A stretch of 64,000 nucleotides of DNA from Vicinamibacterales bacterium (GTDB lineage: Bacteria > Acidobacteriota > Vicinamibacteria > Vicinamibacterales > 2-12-FULL-66-21). Below the pieces are notes generated by a model. It saw only the letters and a list, made by a program, of their open reading frames with translations, did no database searches and had not been told where the DNA came from. The stretch spans positions 91,775 through 155,774 of the forward strand of contig DATHTE010000123.1 in assembly GCA_035463475.1 (NCBI GenBank). Reading direction: 5' to 3'. This document shows, in pieces, positions 1 to 9,480 of this stretch; positions within the stretch are counted from its first letter, which is position 1; every line of letters starts with the position of its first letter. Position numbers and translations under genes: made by a program.

Positions 1-1600
1 CGGAGTGGAACAGATCGCCGGCGAGGCTGTGCCGCCCGGGATCGCCCGCGCGCCCGACGACCGCACCGAGCGCCCACAGGGCCCGCGCGTGGCTGTCCTC
101 CGACCCCGTCGGTTCGACCCACTGCCTCGAGTACGACAGGAAGTTCCGGAAGCGACCGGAGGTCCGATCGAACGCGTGGCCGACGAACGCCAGATATCGC
201 GATGCCAGCGCGCGGACCACCGCCGGGTCCTCGCTGCCCGCATCGTCCAGGAGCGTCATGAGCAGCAGCGCCCGCGCGTTGTCGTCAAGACAGTAACCGT
301 CCTCGTACCGCGGAATGCTGAACGCCGCGTGCTGGAGCATCCCGGTATCGTCGGTCATGGCGCGGACGTGTCTCAGGTCCATCTCGGGCAGGCCCGCAGG
401 GCGAGTGGCCAGCGTCTGCGCGCGGAACGACGTCCGGCGCCGACGCGTGTCCTCCGCCCGCGCCCGCGCGAAGGTCTCGACGTACCTGCGGGCGACCGCC
501 GGCCATGTCATGTCCACGCCGTAGGCGGCTGCCCGAGCGCAAATCGCCCGGCGCCCCTCCTCATCGCCTGCCAGTGCGAGGACTTCCCGCGCAATTGCCG
601 CTGAATCCCTCCACGGGACGAGCGCGCCCCGGCCATCGGCCAGGAGTTCGCGCGCGTAGATGTATGGCGTGGAGATCACCGCCTTGCCGGCGCCGACGGC
701 ATAGGCGAGCGTCCCGGACGTGATCTGTTCCGGCTGGAGGTACGGTGTGATGTAGATGTCGGTCGCCGACAGGTATTCCGTGAGCTCGTGCTGGCTGACG
801 AACCGGTTGTGGAAGATCATGCTCCCGGCCACGCCGAGCTGCTGGCCCCGCGCCTCGAGCATGATCCGGTAGGCCTCCCCATCCCGTTCGATCACATGCG
901 GATGCGTCGCGCCGAGGACGACGTAGACGGTCTCCGGATGAACGGCCAGTATCGCCGGCAGCGCGTCGATGACGTATTCGATGCCCTTGTCGGGGGAGAG
1001 CAGCCCGAAGGTCAGGATCACGGTCTTGCCCTGCACGCCGAGCCGATCCTTGCTGCCGTTTTCCACCGGCACCCGGGGAATTCCGTGCGGGATGAGATCG
1101 ATTCGATCATCGGCGATGCCGTGGACGCGCCGGAGGAGTTCCGCGCCCGACGCGCTCATGACGACGAGCCGCTCCGAGAGCCGCGCCAGCTCCTCGAGCA
1201 CCATGCGCTGCGCGGAGTTTGGCTCGCTGAGAATCGTGTGAAGCGTCGTCACGATCGGCATGCGCAGCGCCCGCAGCAGCGCGAAGAGATGGGCGCCGGC
1301 CTTGCCGCCGAAGATCCCGTACTCGTGTTGAACCGAGAGCAGGTCGACCTGGTTGACGTTCAGGAAGTCGGCCGCGCGTCGATACGAGGCCAGGTCCCCT
1401 TCCTGTATTTCGAACCGGACGCGGGACGGGTATGCGTGGTGCCTGCCGGCGTCGTTCATCGCGACCACGAAACCATCTACGCCGGGCATCTCCTCGACCA
1501 GCGCATCGGAGAGGTGCGTCGTGAACGTGGCGATGCCGCACTGGCGCGGCAGGTGATTGCCGAGCATCGCGAATCGCCGGATTGTGCCCGGACTACTCAT
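1..1600 (-). CDS. Glycosyltransferase family 4 (group 1) protein with a roughly 200-aa C-terminal extension; partial, runs off the left edge
   Basis: Own translation of the minus strand from ATG (1600-1598): MSSPGTIRRFAMLGNHLPRQCGIATFTTHLSDAL...VILTFGLLSPDKGIEY...YITPYLQPEQITSGTLAYAVGAGKAVISTP... The frame stays open to position 1. It has GT-B/GT4-like motifs and high GC3. It is absent from the ORF track because no stop lies inside the window. Confidence 0.85.
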   Translation of the reverse strand, partial: MSSPGTIRRFAMLGNHLPRQCGIATFTTHLSDALVEEMPGVDGFVVAMNDAGRHHAYPSRVRFEIQEGDLASYRRAADFLNVNQVDLLSVQHEYGIFGGKAGAHLFALLRALRMPIVTTLHTILSEPNSAQRMVLEELARLSERLVVMSASGAELLRRVHGIADDRIDLIPHGIPRVPVENGSKDRLGVQGKTVILTFGLLSPDKGIEYVIDALPAILAVHPETVYVVLGATHPHVIERDGEAYRIMLEARGQQLGVAGSMIFHNRFVSQHELTEYLSATDIYITPYLQPEQITSGTLAYAVGAGKAVISTPYIYARELLADGRGALVPWRDSAAIAREVLALAGDEEGRRAICARAAAYGVDMTWPAVARRYVETFARARAEDTRRRRTSFRAQTLATRPAGLPEMDLRHVRAMTDDTGMLQHAAFSIPRYEDGYCLDDNARALLLMTLLDDAGSEDPAVVRALASRYLAFVGHAFDRTSGRFRNFLSYSRQWVEPTGSEDSHARALWALGAVVGRAGDPGRHSLAGDLFHS

Positions 1601-1805
1601 CGACGCCAGCCATCCCGAGCTCGGCGATTCGCTGCAGCGCCTCTTCTCTCAGCGCTGAGGCGTCGCGGGCGATGTCGACTTCGCCGGCGCGCTCGAGGCG
1701 CGGCACCCGCGCGTCGAGCGCTGCGATCAGTTCCCGCAGGTTCTGGATCGCACGCTGGTACACTTCGGGCTCTGGCGGTCGCCCGGCTCGCGTCTGGTGC
1801 TCCAT
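1593..1805 (-). CDS. Small hypothetical protein (70 aa)
   Basis: ORF track entry with ATG at 1805. Its 3' end overlaps the glycosyltransferase start by 8 nt, and it begins 3 nt after the upstream gene's stop, so it is packed into the operon. No family recognised. Confidence 0.5.
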   Translation of the reverse strand: MEHQTRAGRPPEPEVYQRAIQNLRELIAALDARVPRLERAGEVDIARDASALREEALQRIAELGMAGVDE

Positions 1806-1808
1806 GCC

Positions 1809-1976
1809 CTAGAACAGACCCACGACAAGCCAAGTGACCAGACTGACGGCGATCAGAACCGTCAAAGTGGCCATCCTGACGTCCGTCCGTCGGTCAGCCT
1901 CGGCTCCTCGGGCCTGCCACGCCCGCCACCGGACGTCGGCTTCAGTGTTCAGCGCCGCCGCGGCGCGGTCGGTCAT
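1809..1976 (-). CDS. Small membrane protein (55 aa, one C-terminal TM helix)
   Basis: Internal ATG at 1976 of ORF 1809..2120: MTDRAAAALNTEADVRWRAWQARG...MATLTVLIAVSLVTWLVVGLF. ATGA start/stop overlap with the upstream gene (1973-1976). Confidence 0.45.
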   Translation of the reverse strand: MTDRAAAALNTEADVRWRAWQARGAEADRRTDVRMATLTVLIAVSLVTWLVVGLF

Positions 1977-2173
1977 CGGAGCGCCTCGTGGATGCTCTCC
2001 GAGATGGTGGGGTCGTCCTTCCACAACCGCGCGATGGCGAGCGGTGGAAGCACGGCCAGCCCGGCCAGGACGATCCAGCCGGTGAGGGATGCGACGCCGA
2101 TGACGAAGCCCACCGCGCACACGGCCAGAACCCAGAGGGTGGCGGCGGTCGTTTTGGTGTAGTTGAGTGGCAT
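1973..2173 (-). CDS. Small membrane protein (66 aa, two TM helices)
   Basis: Internal ATG at 2173 of ORF 1973..2257: MPLNYTKTTAATLWVLAVCAVGFVIGVASLTGWIVLAGLAVLPPLAIARLW... The Arg-rich N-terminal extension in the track looks non-coding. Confidence 0.5.
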   Translation of the reverse strand: MPLNYTKTTAATLWVLAVCAVGFVIGVASLTGWIVLAGLAVLPPLAIARLWKDDPTISESIHEALR

Positions 2174-2281
2174 GAGACGAGCGTACACACGGCCGCCGGG
2201 GCGCGCTGTACCCGATTGCACAGCGCGGATTAACGCCCGCCGGCGCGGTCGGCGCACGGCGAGCGGAGCGCGGCCGGGTGC

Positions 2282-2974
2282 TTACGGACGGAACGCGGCT
2301 TTGTTGATGATGCGTGCCTTCTGGCTCGCGACGCGCGCGTCCGTGATGTTCTTCTCGCGCCGATCCAGCTCGCGTTGCGGCGCCTCCTGCGCATCCAGCC
2401 GGACCGCTTCCTTGATGGCCGCACTGGCGAGCGCATTCAACCTCTTCGAGATCAGCACGAGCTGATAGTGCGGCGGGTAGGTGCCCTTGGTCAGGGTCAG
2501 GAGCGCTGTGGCATCTTCCCAGCGCGCCACCAGTGCCATCTCGGCCACGGGCACGTCCGCGGGCACGGGACCGCGGACGGCTCCGCTCGACGACAACAGC
2601 GGCGTCCCGTAGGTCTTCGAGAGCGATTCGATCACGTCCTCGTGCGTCAGGCCTTCGGTGCGGTTACGATCGTACGTGATGAGGATCTGGTACAGCTTGT
2701 CGTCGTAGAAGCTGAAACGCACGTCGCGCACCGGGTCGGCCGGACCGCCTCCCGATGGCGCGTAGGGGGCGCGCCACTCGACCTCCTGGATCCGGGCGGG
2801 CCGCTCGTGCAGCGTCCTGGTCTCGTAGTCGCGTGCGCCGCTGATCTTGACGACCGAGGCGACGCTGCTCTCGAGCGCATATTCGCGATAGCGGAGGGGC
2901 GCCTGCGCGACGAGGGACTGGCCCCAAAGTACGAAGCCGAGCGACGCAAGAGCGACGACACGCACACCTGTCAT
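2282..2974 (-). CDS. Secreted hypothetical protein (230 aa) with N-terminal signal peptide
   Basis: Internal ATG at 2974, preceded by GGAGG (revcomp of ...cctcc at 2980-2984). MTGVRVVALASLGFVLWGQSLVAQAP is a Sec-type signal. The rest is non-repetitive with high GC3. No family recognised. Confidence 0.7.
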   Translation of the reverse strand: MTGVRVVALASLGFVLWGQSLVAQAPLRYREYALESSVASVVKISGARDYETRTLHERPARIQEVEWRAPYAPSGGGPADPVRDVRFSFYDDKLYQILITYDRNRTEGLTHEDVIESLSKTYGTPLLSSSGAVRGPVPADVPVAEMALVARWEDATALLTLTKGTYPPHYQLVLISKRLNALASAAIKEAVRLDAQEAPQRELDRREKNITDARVASQKARIINKAAFRP

Positions 2975-3221
2975 GGAGACCTCCCGGGTCTTCTGCCGAT
3001 GATGGTGGCAGGCCCTCGACGTCATGTCTGTCCTGCATTGCACACCGGTCACGATCGCGCGTCCGTCGGCCCGGACGGACGGGCTAGCCGGCGGCGCCAC
3101 GAATCGCGGAGTGTGCCCAACTGCACAGACACGCATCGCCAACGGCGGCATTCTGTGCTGGGGCGCGCCGTCCAGTGACGGATCGACGAAGGATGCGCCA
3201 CCAGAAGACAAGGAGTCTTCA

Positions 3222-3374
3222 ATGCTGTACACCATCGCCCTCGTCCTGCTGGTCGCGTGGTTGCTGGGACTCACCGGGACCTACGCGGTCGGCGCCTTCG
3301 TGCACCTACTGCTCGTGCTCGCGGTTGTCCTCGTTCTCGTCGGGATGCTCCGCGGGCGTCGCGTGCTCGGCTAA
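3222..3374 (+). CDS. lmo0937-family small membrane protein (50 aa)
   Basis: ATG at 3222 with AAGGAG 7 nt upstream. MLYTIALVLLVAWLLGLTGTYAVGAFVHLLLVLAVVLVLVGMLRGRRVLG matches the characteristic lmo0937/DUF5670 pattern (two TM helices, C-terminal GRR). Confidence 0.7.
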   Translation: MLYTIALVLLVAWLLGLTGTYAVGAFVHLLLVLAVVLVLVGMLRGRRVLG

Positions 3375-3405
3375 CTGACCGAGGAGATCTGTTGATGTTG
3401 ATGTC

Positions 3406-3777
3406 ATGCGTACCTTGAGGGAATGGCTTCTGAGAGCCTGGATGAATGGGCCGGGCGCGAAGAGGCCTACCCGGCCCATGCCGGATGCGGAAGCGCCGGC
3501 CGCGCCGCGGCGGCTCCCCGTGCCTCGCGAGTTCCTGTCTCTTCACAAGTACCTGGACAACCGGTTCGCCGACAAGGTGGTCCTCACGTTCGCCCAGATG
3601 GAAGACCTTCTCGGCTTCGCGCTACCGGACGTCGCACGCCGTCATCGGGAGTGGTGGGCGAACGCGGATGGGAGCAACACGCCATCGGCCCACGCGCGGT
3701 CCTGGACCCAGGCGAGCAGGCTCGCGACGCCGAACCTGCTGGCGCAGACCGTTGCTTTCGATCGCGCCCCCAGGTAG
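3406..3777 (+). CDS. Hypothetical protein (123 aa)
   Basis: ORF track entry. The C-terminal two thirds (REFLSLHKYLDNRFADKVVLTFAQMEDLLGFALPDVARRHREWWAN...) look like a globular protein. Start uncertain. No family recognised. Confidence 0.5.
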   Translation: MRTLREWLLRAWMNGPGAKRPTRPMPDAEAPAAPRRLPVPREFLSLHKYLDNRFADKVVLTFAQMEDLLGFALPDVARRHREWWANADGSNTPSAHARSWTQASRLATPNLLAQTVAFDRAPR

Positions 3778-3828
3778 GCGCCATCCATCTCTCCCGGGTC
3801 CGCGGCGGGACGATTCGTCGAGGGCCGG

Positions 3829-4500
3829 TCAGTCGTGCAGGACGATGCTGAGAAGGGAGCTCTTGATTCTGAGGCCGCCGTTGTACTCGATGAACCCGAG
3901 TTTCCGGAACTTGTTCATGAAGAAATTGACGCGCGACCGCGTCGTGCCGATCATCTCGGCGAGCGTTTCCTGCGACAGCTTCGGCAGCACCCGCTGCGTC
4001 GCGTCTTCCTTGCCGTAACGCGCCAGGAGGAGGAGCGTCCGCGCGAGCCGCTTTTCGCTGGAGTTGAAGAGCTGATCGACCAGGTCCTCCTCGATGCGGA
4101 TGTTCCGAACGAGCATGTGCGCGATGAACCGGTCGGCGAATTCCCGTTGGTCGTGCAGCGTGCGCATCATCTCCCGTTTCTGGATGCGCAATACACTCGT
4201 GGGCACAACGGTCGTGGCGGTGCCCATGCGCAGGGGCTGCCCGGCGAGGCAGCCCTCGCCGAAGAAGTCCCCCGGGCCGAGCATGGCGACCACCGCCTCT
4301 TTCCCCGCGGCGGAGAGCACCGAGAGCTTCACGCCGCCATTCTGGATATAGAAAACGCTGTTCGCCTGCGCTCCCTGGGCGAACACGACGGCGCCGCGGG
4401 CGAAGCGAACGATACGACGGGCCACGCCCGCCGAGTCGAGGAAGGCCTGGACGTCGAACGGCTCCGGGGGCGTGCCGGCCTGAGAGGATTTTGATGCCAT
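3829..4500 (-). CDS. Crp/Fnr-family transcriptional regulator (cNMP-binding domain + HTH)
   Basis: FYIQNGGVKLSVLSAAGKEAVVAMLGPGDFFGE (cNMP-binding beta-roll) and SQETLAEMIGTTRSRVNFFMNKFRKLGFI (Crp-type HTH). Start chosen at ATG 4500 (MASKSS...); ATG 4515 is also possible. Confidence 0.9.
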   Translation of the reverse strand: MASKSSQAGTPPEPFDVQAFLDSAGVARRIVRFARGAVVFAQGAQANSVFYIQNGGVKLSVLSAAGKEAVVAMLGPGDFFGEGCLAGQPLRMGTATTVVPTSVLRIQKREMMRTLHDQREFADRFIAHMLVRNIRIEEDLVDQLFNSSEKRLARTLLLLARYGKEDATQRVLPKLSQETLAEMIGTTRSRVNFFMNKFRKLGFIEYNGGLRIKSSLLSIVLHD

Positions 4501-4620
4501 GCTCAACGAGATCATCGCACGAGTTGCGGCCGGAAGGCGCAGATTTCCCCCCGGGAACAACGAGCCCAGCGCGGGCATTTGCGGCGCTGATGTTGCGTTC
4601 CGTTGCGCCAGGAGCGAGTC

Positions 4621-5718
4621 ATGAAAGCGTTTCGCCTCACCGCCCCGAACACGACGGAGTTGACCGACGTGCCGCAACCGGAGCCCGGCCCGGGCGAGGT
4701 ACTAGTCAGGGTGGGCGCGGCCGGTGTCTGCCATTCCGATCTGCACGTCATTGAAGCCCCCGAGGGATTCCCTCTGCCGCTCACGCTCGGCCACGAGAAC
4801 GCGGGATGGGTCGAGGCGCTCGGAGCCGGCGTGGCGGGCTGGCGCGAAGGGGAGGCCGTGGCCGTGTACGGCATCGTGGGGTGCGGCTCGTGCGTGGCCT
4901 GCCTGCGGGGAATGGACAACGAGTGCCGGACCGTGTTTCCGGGCGGCATTGGCCTGAGCCGCGATGGAGGGATGGCCGAGTACGTCAAGGTCCCCGCATC
5001 GCATCTGCTGCCGATCGGCGACCTCGACGTGGCTCAGGCGGCGCCGCTCACCGACGCCGGGCTGACCCCGTACCACGCCATCCAGCTCTTTCGCGATGTG
5101 CTTCGCCCGGGCGCGGCCTGTGTCGTCATTGGCGTCGGCGGTCTCGGCCACATGGCCGTGCAGATTCTCGCGGAGACCACCTCGGTGCGCGTGATCGCCG
5201 TGGACGTGAGCGACGATGCTCTCAACCTTGCCGGGCGGATGGGCGCGCACCACACGGTGAAGTCGGACGCGGACGCGGGAAGGGCCATCCGGGAGCTGCT
5301 CGGGCCGCCGCCGGGCGGCGCGGACGCCGTGCTCGATTTCGTCGGCGTGACCGAGACGCTCGCGCTGGCGGCCTCGGTGGTCTCGACGGGTGGACGGCTG
5401 GCGCTCGTCGGGCTGGGCGGCGGAACGTTGAGCCTTCGTCCAGGCGTCGGACCGATCGGCGTGCCGATGGAGACACAGGTGGTCGTTCCATTCTGGGGCA
5501 CGCGCGCGGAGCTGGCGGAAGTGATCGCGCTCGCGCGTGCCGGGCGCATTCGCGCGCAAGTCGAGCCGTTTCCACTCGATCGCGTCGCGGAGGCGTACGA
5601 CAAACTGCGAGCGCGCGCGCTGACCGGGCGGGCGGTCGTCCTGCCCGGGCGCAGCCGACAGAGCGCGAGCGACGGTGCCGCGCGCGACGCGTCCGGCCGC
5701 TATCGGCGCGAGAGATAG
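4621..5718 (+). CDS. Zinc-dependent (MDR-family) alcohol dehydrogenase
   Basis: MKAFRL...GVCHSDLHV...GHENAGWV (catalytic Zn ligands), GCGSCVACLRGMDNEC (structural Zn), and GVGGLGHMAVQ (Rossmann). ATG at 4621. Confidence 0.9.
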   Translation: MKAFRLTAPNTTELTDVPQPEPGPGEVLVRVGAAGVCHSDLHVIEAPEGFPLPLTLGHENAGWVEALGAGVAGWREGEAVAVYGIVGCGSCVACLRGMDNECRTVFPGGIGLSRDGGMAEYVKVPASHLLPIGDLDVAQAAPLTDAGLTPYHAIQLFRDVLRPGAACVVIGVGGLGHMAVQILAETTSVRVIAVDVSDDALNLAGRMGAHHTVKSDADAGRAIRELLGPPPGGADAVLDFVGVTETLALAASVVSTGGRLALVGLGGGTLSLRPGVGPIGVPMETQVVVPFWGTRAELAEVIALARAGRIRAQVEPFPLDRVAEAYDKLRARALTGRAVVLPGRSRQSASDGAARDASGRYRRER

Positions 5719-5972
5719 CGCGCGAGCAGAAGCGCCAGGGTGAGCGCGACGACGGCCGGGGCGGCCGTCGTGAGCAGCCCGAGGAAGACGCCGCCGGCGA
5801 GATAAAGCACCATGACGCCGAGCGACACGAGGAGCAGCGCGATCAGCCCGCCCGTGATCTCGGACGCCATCGCCCAGCCCGACGGCGGCGGCTCGATCGG
5901 TTCGTCGTCGTCCTGGCCATCGCCGGGCCACTCGGGCTCGTGCGCGTTCGGTTCTTCCTCGTCCGGGCTCAC
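5700..5972 (-). CDS. Small membrane protein (acidic N-terminus, two TM helices)
   Basis: GTG at 5972 forms a GTGA overlap with the stop of the upstream methyltransferase. VSPDEEEPNAHEPEWPGDGQDDDEPIEPPPSGWAMASEITGGLIALLLVSLGVMVLYLAGGVFLGLL... Alternative ATG start at 5870. The 3' end overlaps the convergent ADH by 19 nt. Confidence 0.45.
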   Translation of the reverse strand: MSPDEEEPNAHEPEWPGDGQDDDEPIEPPPSGWAMASEITGGLIALLLVSLGVMVLYLAGGVFLGLLTTAAPAVVALTLALLLARYLSRR

Positions 5973-6736
5973 GACGCGAGTATACGAGGCGCCTGCTTCG
6001 ACGCGTGAAAGGCTACGCGGTCCTGCCTGAACGCGCACGCCAGGCGGTTCTGCCCGCGCAGCCGGTGCACCACGGCCCGCGCGGCGCGGTACGGAAGCGA
6101 CGGCAGCGGCGTGACTCTCCGCACTTGGTCGAAGCCGACCGTGTGCAGCATGCCTTCGACAGCCGGCACGTTGGGCCCCCACCAGTTCGTCGGATCGTTG
6201 TTCAACTCGCGATCCGGGTAGAACGCCATGGCGGGTCTGCCGAAGCCGACCATGTCCACGACGGTCTCGAGGATGAGGAGATCGCGCGCGACCGACGCGA
6301 CGCGCTCCAGCGCGAGCAGCGGGTGCCGCAGGTGATACAACACGCCCAGGAACAGGACGACGTCGAAGGTGCCGACCCGCTCGGGCGACAGATCCATGAC
6401 GTCGATGTCGGCGTCTTCGACGCGCGATCCGAGCGCGGTCCGGGCCAGCTCGAAGCCGGCCTTTCCCTTTCCTGTCCCCCAACCGAGACCGTGCCACGCG
6501 TAGTAGTCCGCCGCCACAACGCGCGCCGCGCCGCGGCGCTCGGCCTCGAACGAAAAGTAGCCGTCCCAGGCGCCGATGTCGAGAACGGTGCGCCCCGCGA
6601 GGGTCGAAGGCAGGTCGATGCGCGCCAGCCGAAACGCGGTGTTGTCCGTCCCTCTCGTGACTACGCCCTGACCGAGATCGATCGTGTGGTACCAGCGGAT
6701 GGCTTCGGCTTTCTCCCTCAGGGTCGCCGCATCCAT
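5969..6736 (-). CDS. Class I SAM-dependent methyltransferase (DUF1698/CmoB-like)
   Basis: VLDIGAWDGYFSFEAERRGAARVVAAD (motif I, GxG-type), FDVVLFLGVLYHLRHPLLALERV (motif II/III), and WYHTIDLG at the N-terminus. Confidence 0.85.
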   Translation of the reverse strand: MDAATLREKAEAIRWYHTIDLGQGVVTRGTDNTAFRLARIDLPSTLAGRTVLDIGAWDGYFSFEAERRGAARVVAADYYAWHGLGWGTGKGKAGFELARTALGSRVEDADIDVMDLSPERVGTFDVVLFLGVLYHLRHPLLALERVASVARDLLILETVVDMVGFGRPAMAFYPDRELNNDPTNWWGPNVPAVEGMLHTVGFDQVRRVTPLPSLPYRAARAVVHRLRGQNRLACAFRQDRVAFHASKQAPRILAS

Positions 6737-7097
6737 CCCGCTATTGTGTGCCGGAGTGGCGCGACTCGGTCGCGGGCCGTTGGGCGACGGTTCCCGGGCG
6801 CGCCACGAAATCCCCGCCGCGAGCGCACGCGCGGTCCGGCGGATTGAAGCCCGGATCCGGCGCCCCGGAAGCGGTCGGGCGCAAGACGCGTGGAATCGCC
6901 GCGGGAACGCGCCCGGTTGCGAGGCATGTGTTTTGCCCTTCTTCGAGTGTGGTCGAGTTCTACCCGTCGGCCAGCACGGTTGCGCGCTTCGAGGCGGGCG
7001 ATACAGTGATTCGCCACCGCAGCAGCGCGCCCCCGTGCTGGTCCTCGGGATGCACGAGCCACAACCTGTCGTCGAGGCTCGGCTTCGGGTTCCGCTT

Positions 7098-7580
7098 CTA
7101 GCCCTTCGTGGGCTGCGCCATCTGTTTGAAGAATTCGTCGGCTCGCTGATGGAGTTCCGCCGTCGTCAGGTCTTCCTTGCGCGTCGCGATCCACCAGGTG
7201 TAGCCCGACGGATCCGCGACGGCGCCGGCCCGGTCGCCCCAGAACTGGTCCTCCATCGGCATCTGGACCGTGGCGCCCGCGCCGACCGCGCGATTGAAAA
7301 GCGCGTCGCTGTTCTCGACGTAGAGCCACAGCGACGCCGGGGATCCGCCGAACTCGCGTGGCCCTTTGCACCCCGGCATCACGTCGTTGACCATGACGCG
7401 CGAGTTGCCGATCTTGATCTCGGCGTGCATGATCTTGCCATCCGGCCCAAGACTCCGCCCGATCTCTTCGGCGCCGAGCGCCCTCTTGTACCAGTCGATG
7501 GTCTCGGCCGCGTTGTCCAGGCTCAGCTGCGGCGTGATGGTGTGATACCCGTCGGGCAAGGCTTTCGCTGCTTTGGCCAT
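7098..7580 (-). CDS. VOC/glyoxalase-fold protein (PhnB-like)
   Basis: ATG at 7580 preceded by GGAGG. MAKAAKALPDGYHTITPQLSLDNAAETIDWYKRALGAEE...IMHAEIKIGNSRVMVND...QFWGDRAGAVADPSGYTWWIAT is the typical PhnB/VOC pattern. Confidence 0.85.
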   Translation of the reverse strand: MAKAAKALPDGYHTITPQLSLDNAAETIDWYKRALGAEEIGRSLGPDGKIMHAEIKIGNSRVMVNDVMPGCKGPREFGGSPASLWLYVENSDALFNRAVGAGATVQMPMEDQFWGDRAGAVADPSGYTWWIATRKEDLTTAELHQRADEFFKQMAQPTKG

Positions 7581-7686
7581 ATGCACCTCCTCGCGCCACG
7601 CGAGTGGCGCACCCCTCTGCAGGAAACGAGCACGATGCTTGGAATAGACGGCGGATGCAAGTTGAAGGTTCGGCTGAGCCGCGACA

Positions 7687-9318
7687 CTACGCACGGTACG
7701 CGTCGCCGCGCGCGAAACGTGCGATGAGCGGCGCGGGATCGGGCCCGCGACCGAGCGCGTGCGCTTCGCACGCGGTGTAGATCGGGACGAGCGCCTCGTA
7801 CACCGCGTGGCGTTCCGGATCGGCGCGCACGCGCGAGGCCGGGGCTGGCTCGGCGAGCCCGCGGACGATCGCGTCCCAGCCGGCGCGATCGCCCTGCGAG
7901 CAGAGGTCGGCGTGCGCGGCCCTCAGCGCGGCGCCCAGCGCGGCGGAATTGGTGACGTCCAGCCGGTACACGTCCGCGCCGAACACGTCTGCCATGACCT
8001 GCAGGATCTGTGTGTTCGCGGAGGCCCCTCCGGTCGCGTGAATCCGGTCCACCTGGACGCCCATCCAGCGCGAGTACCGCATCAGCGACATCTGCTGCGC
8101 CTCGACGATTGCCCGCACCGCCGAGGCTGGACTGTCGAGCGGCGGACCGTACCGGTGAGCGCCTGGCGTGAGCACCGCGGGTGTGATCTCCGGTTCGAAC
8201 CACGGCAGGAGGACGCGCGCGTCGTTGCCGGCGGGACTCCGTTCGAGCGCCCGCGAAAATCCGCTCCAGCTCAGTCCGTGCTCTGCCCGCACCCGCTCGC
8301 GCGCGAGCGACCCGTTGCGGAAGCAGGTGAGTCCCATGAACTCACCGGTCGGCGCGCCGAACACGTGCCCCGTTCCGGAGCGGTCCACGCGAGGCTCGCG
8401 CATCAGGCCGAACACCGTGTCGCTCGTCCCGAGCGAGACGGCCAGCGTCCCCTCGTGCACGAGGCCGAGCCCCACCAGGCTCGACGGATTGTCGCCTGAC
8501 CACGCGATCACCTTCGCCGCGGGCATCCGGCAGCGCTCACGCCAGTACGGCCCCAGCGTTCCGATCGTCGTCCACGGGGGGACGATCGGTGGCAGCTTCG
8601 CCGCTAGCCCTGGCGCCGTCGCCTCCAGGGCCGCGGGCCACCACCGCCGCGTCGTCAGGTCCATCAGGTTCATGCCCGAGGCGTCTCCGGGGTCGAGCGG
8701 CGCGTGGCGCCCTGCGAGCAGCGACGCCAGGAACGAGCTCACGAGATGGATCCTGTCGGTCGCCGCGTACGCATCGGGCGCTTGCAGGAAGAACTTGCGG
8801 ATCTGCGGACCCGTGAAGCGCTCGAAGGCGCGCGACCCCGTGCGCCGGGCGAGCGCGTCGCCGCCACCGACCGCCCTCGCGATCTCGGCGCACTGCGCGG
8901 ACGTGCTCGAATCCATCCAGATGGGAGCGGTTTCGCGCGACAGCGTCGCGCGGATCTGGCCGCCGAGCGGACGCGCGGGATCGAGCGCGCCGAGCACGGC
9001 TTCCGCGCGACGATTCAGGTACACGCTGCCGTGCTGCTGCGCCGACCCGCAGATCGCGGCGACGCGGCGCAGATCGAGTCCGCTCTGCGCGAGTCGCTGC
9101 ATCATCAGCTCGAGCGCGTCCGCCCAGAGGAGCGGAGAGGAATGGGCTACCGCAGGATCCGGCTGGAGGAGCACGCCGTGCGTCGTCCCGTATTGCGGCA
9201 GCGCTTCGTCGAACGAGAGCGACGTCTCGAGCAGCACCCCTCGCCGGCTTGTCTCGATCTCGATGACCATCGCCGTGAGGCTTTGCGTGCTCGAGTCGAA
9301 GCCGATGTAGAGCGGCAT
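7687..9318 (-). CDS. xylB: FGGY-family carbohydrate kinase, xylulokinase-like
   Basis: MPLYIGFDSSTQSLTAMV (FGGY N-terminal phosphate-1 motif), GSAQQHGSVYL, GTSDTVFG, HATGGASAN (FGGY C-terminal). Confidence 0.85.
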   Translation of the reverse strand: MPLYIGFDSSTQSLTAMVIEIETSRRGVLLETSLSFDEALPQYGTTHGVLLQPDPAVAHSSPLLWADALELMMQRLAQSGLDLRRVAAICGSAQQHGSVYLNRRAEAVLGALDPARPLGGQIRATLSRETAPIWMDSSTSAQCAEIARAVGGGDALARRTGSRAFERFTGPQIRKFFLQAPDAYAATDRIHLVSSFLASLLAGRHAPLDPGDASGMNLMDLTTRRWWPAALEATAPGLAAKLPPIVPPWTTIGTLGPYWRERCRMPAAKVIAWSGDNPSSLVGLGLVHEGTLAVSLGTSDTVFGLMREPRVDRSGTGHVFGAPTGEFMGLTCFRNGSLARERVRAEHGLSWSGFSRALERSPAGNDARVLLPWFEPEITPAVLTPGAHRYGPPLDSPASAVRAIVEAQQMSLMRYSRWMGVQVDRIHATGGASANTQILQVMADVFGADVYRLDVTNSAALGAALRAAHADLCSQGDRAGWDAIVRGLAEPAPASRVRADPERHAVYEALVPIYTACEAHALGRGPDPAPLIARFARGDAYRA

Positions 9319-9480
9319 GCGGATCGGGCTGGCGTCTCGCGGCGGCCCGGGATGTCCGCGACTGACGCGAGCGCAGGCGCGGCCGATGATATGCGATATG
9401 AGCGCGCGGCGCGGTCAGCCCTGCCGATCGCGCTGACGGCACGTCGGTTGCTGTGGTCTCTTGAGGAGGCAGGAACACCG

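Noticed and set aside
788-1837. 349-aa plus-strand ORF (also 5..604, 969..1241 and 1107..1541)
   Set aside because: It is antisense or out of frame relative to the clearly recognisable GT4 glycosyltransferase on the minus strand. Its translation is Arg/His/Asp-rich with no motifs, the typical shadow ORF of a high-GC gene.
6748-7101. 117-aa plus-strand ORF in the 360-bp gap between the methyltransferase and the VOC gene
   Set aside because: GC3 is fairly high, but the N-terminal two thirds are Arg/Gly/Pro low-complexity. There is no RBS and no recognisable motif, and it would overlap the convergent VOC stop. The gap is more likely promoter/5'-UTR of the methyltransferase operon. I could not recognise a riboswitch or ncRNA in it either.
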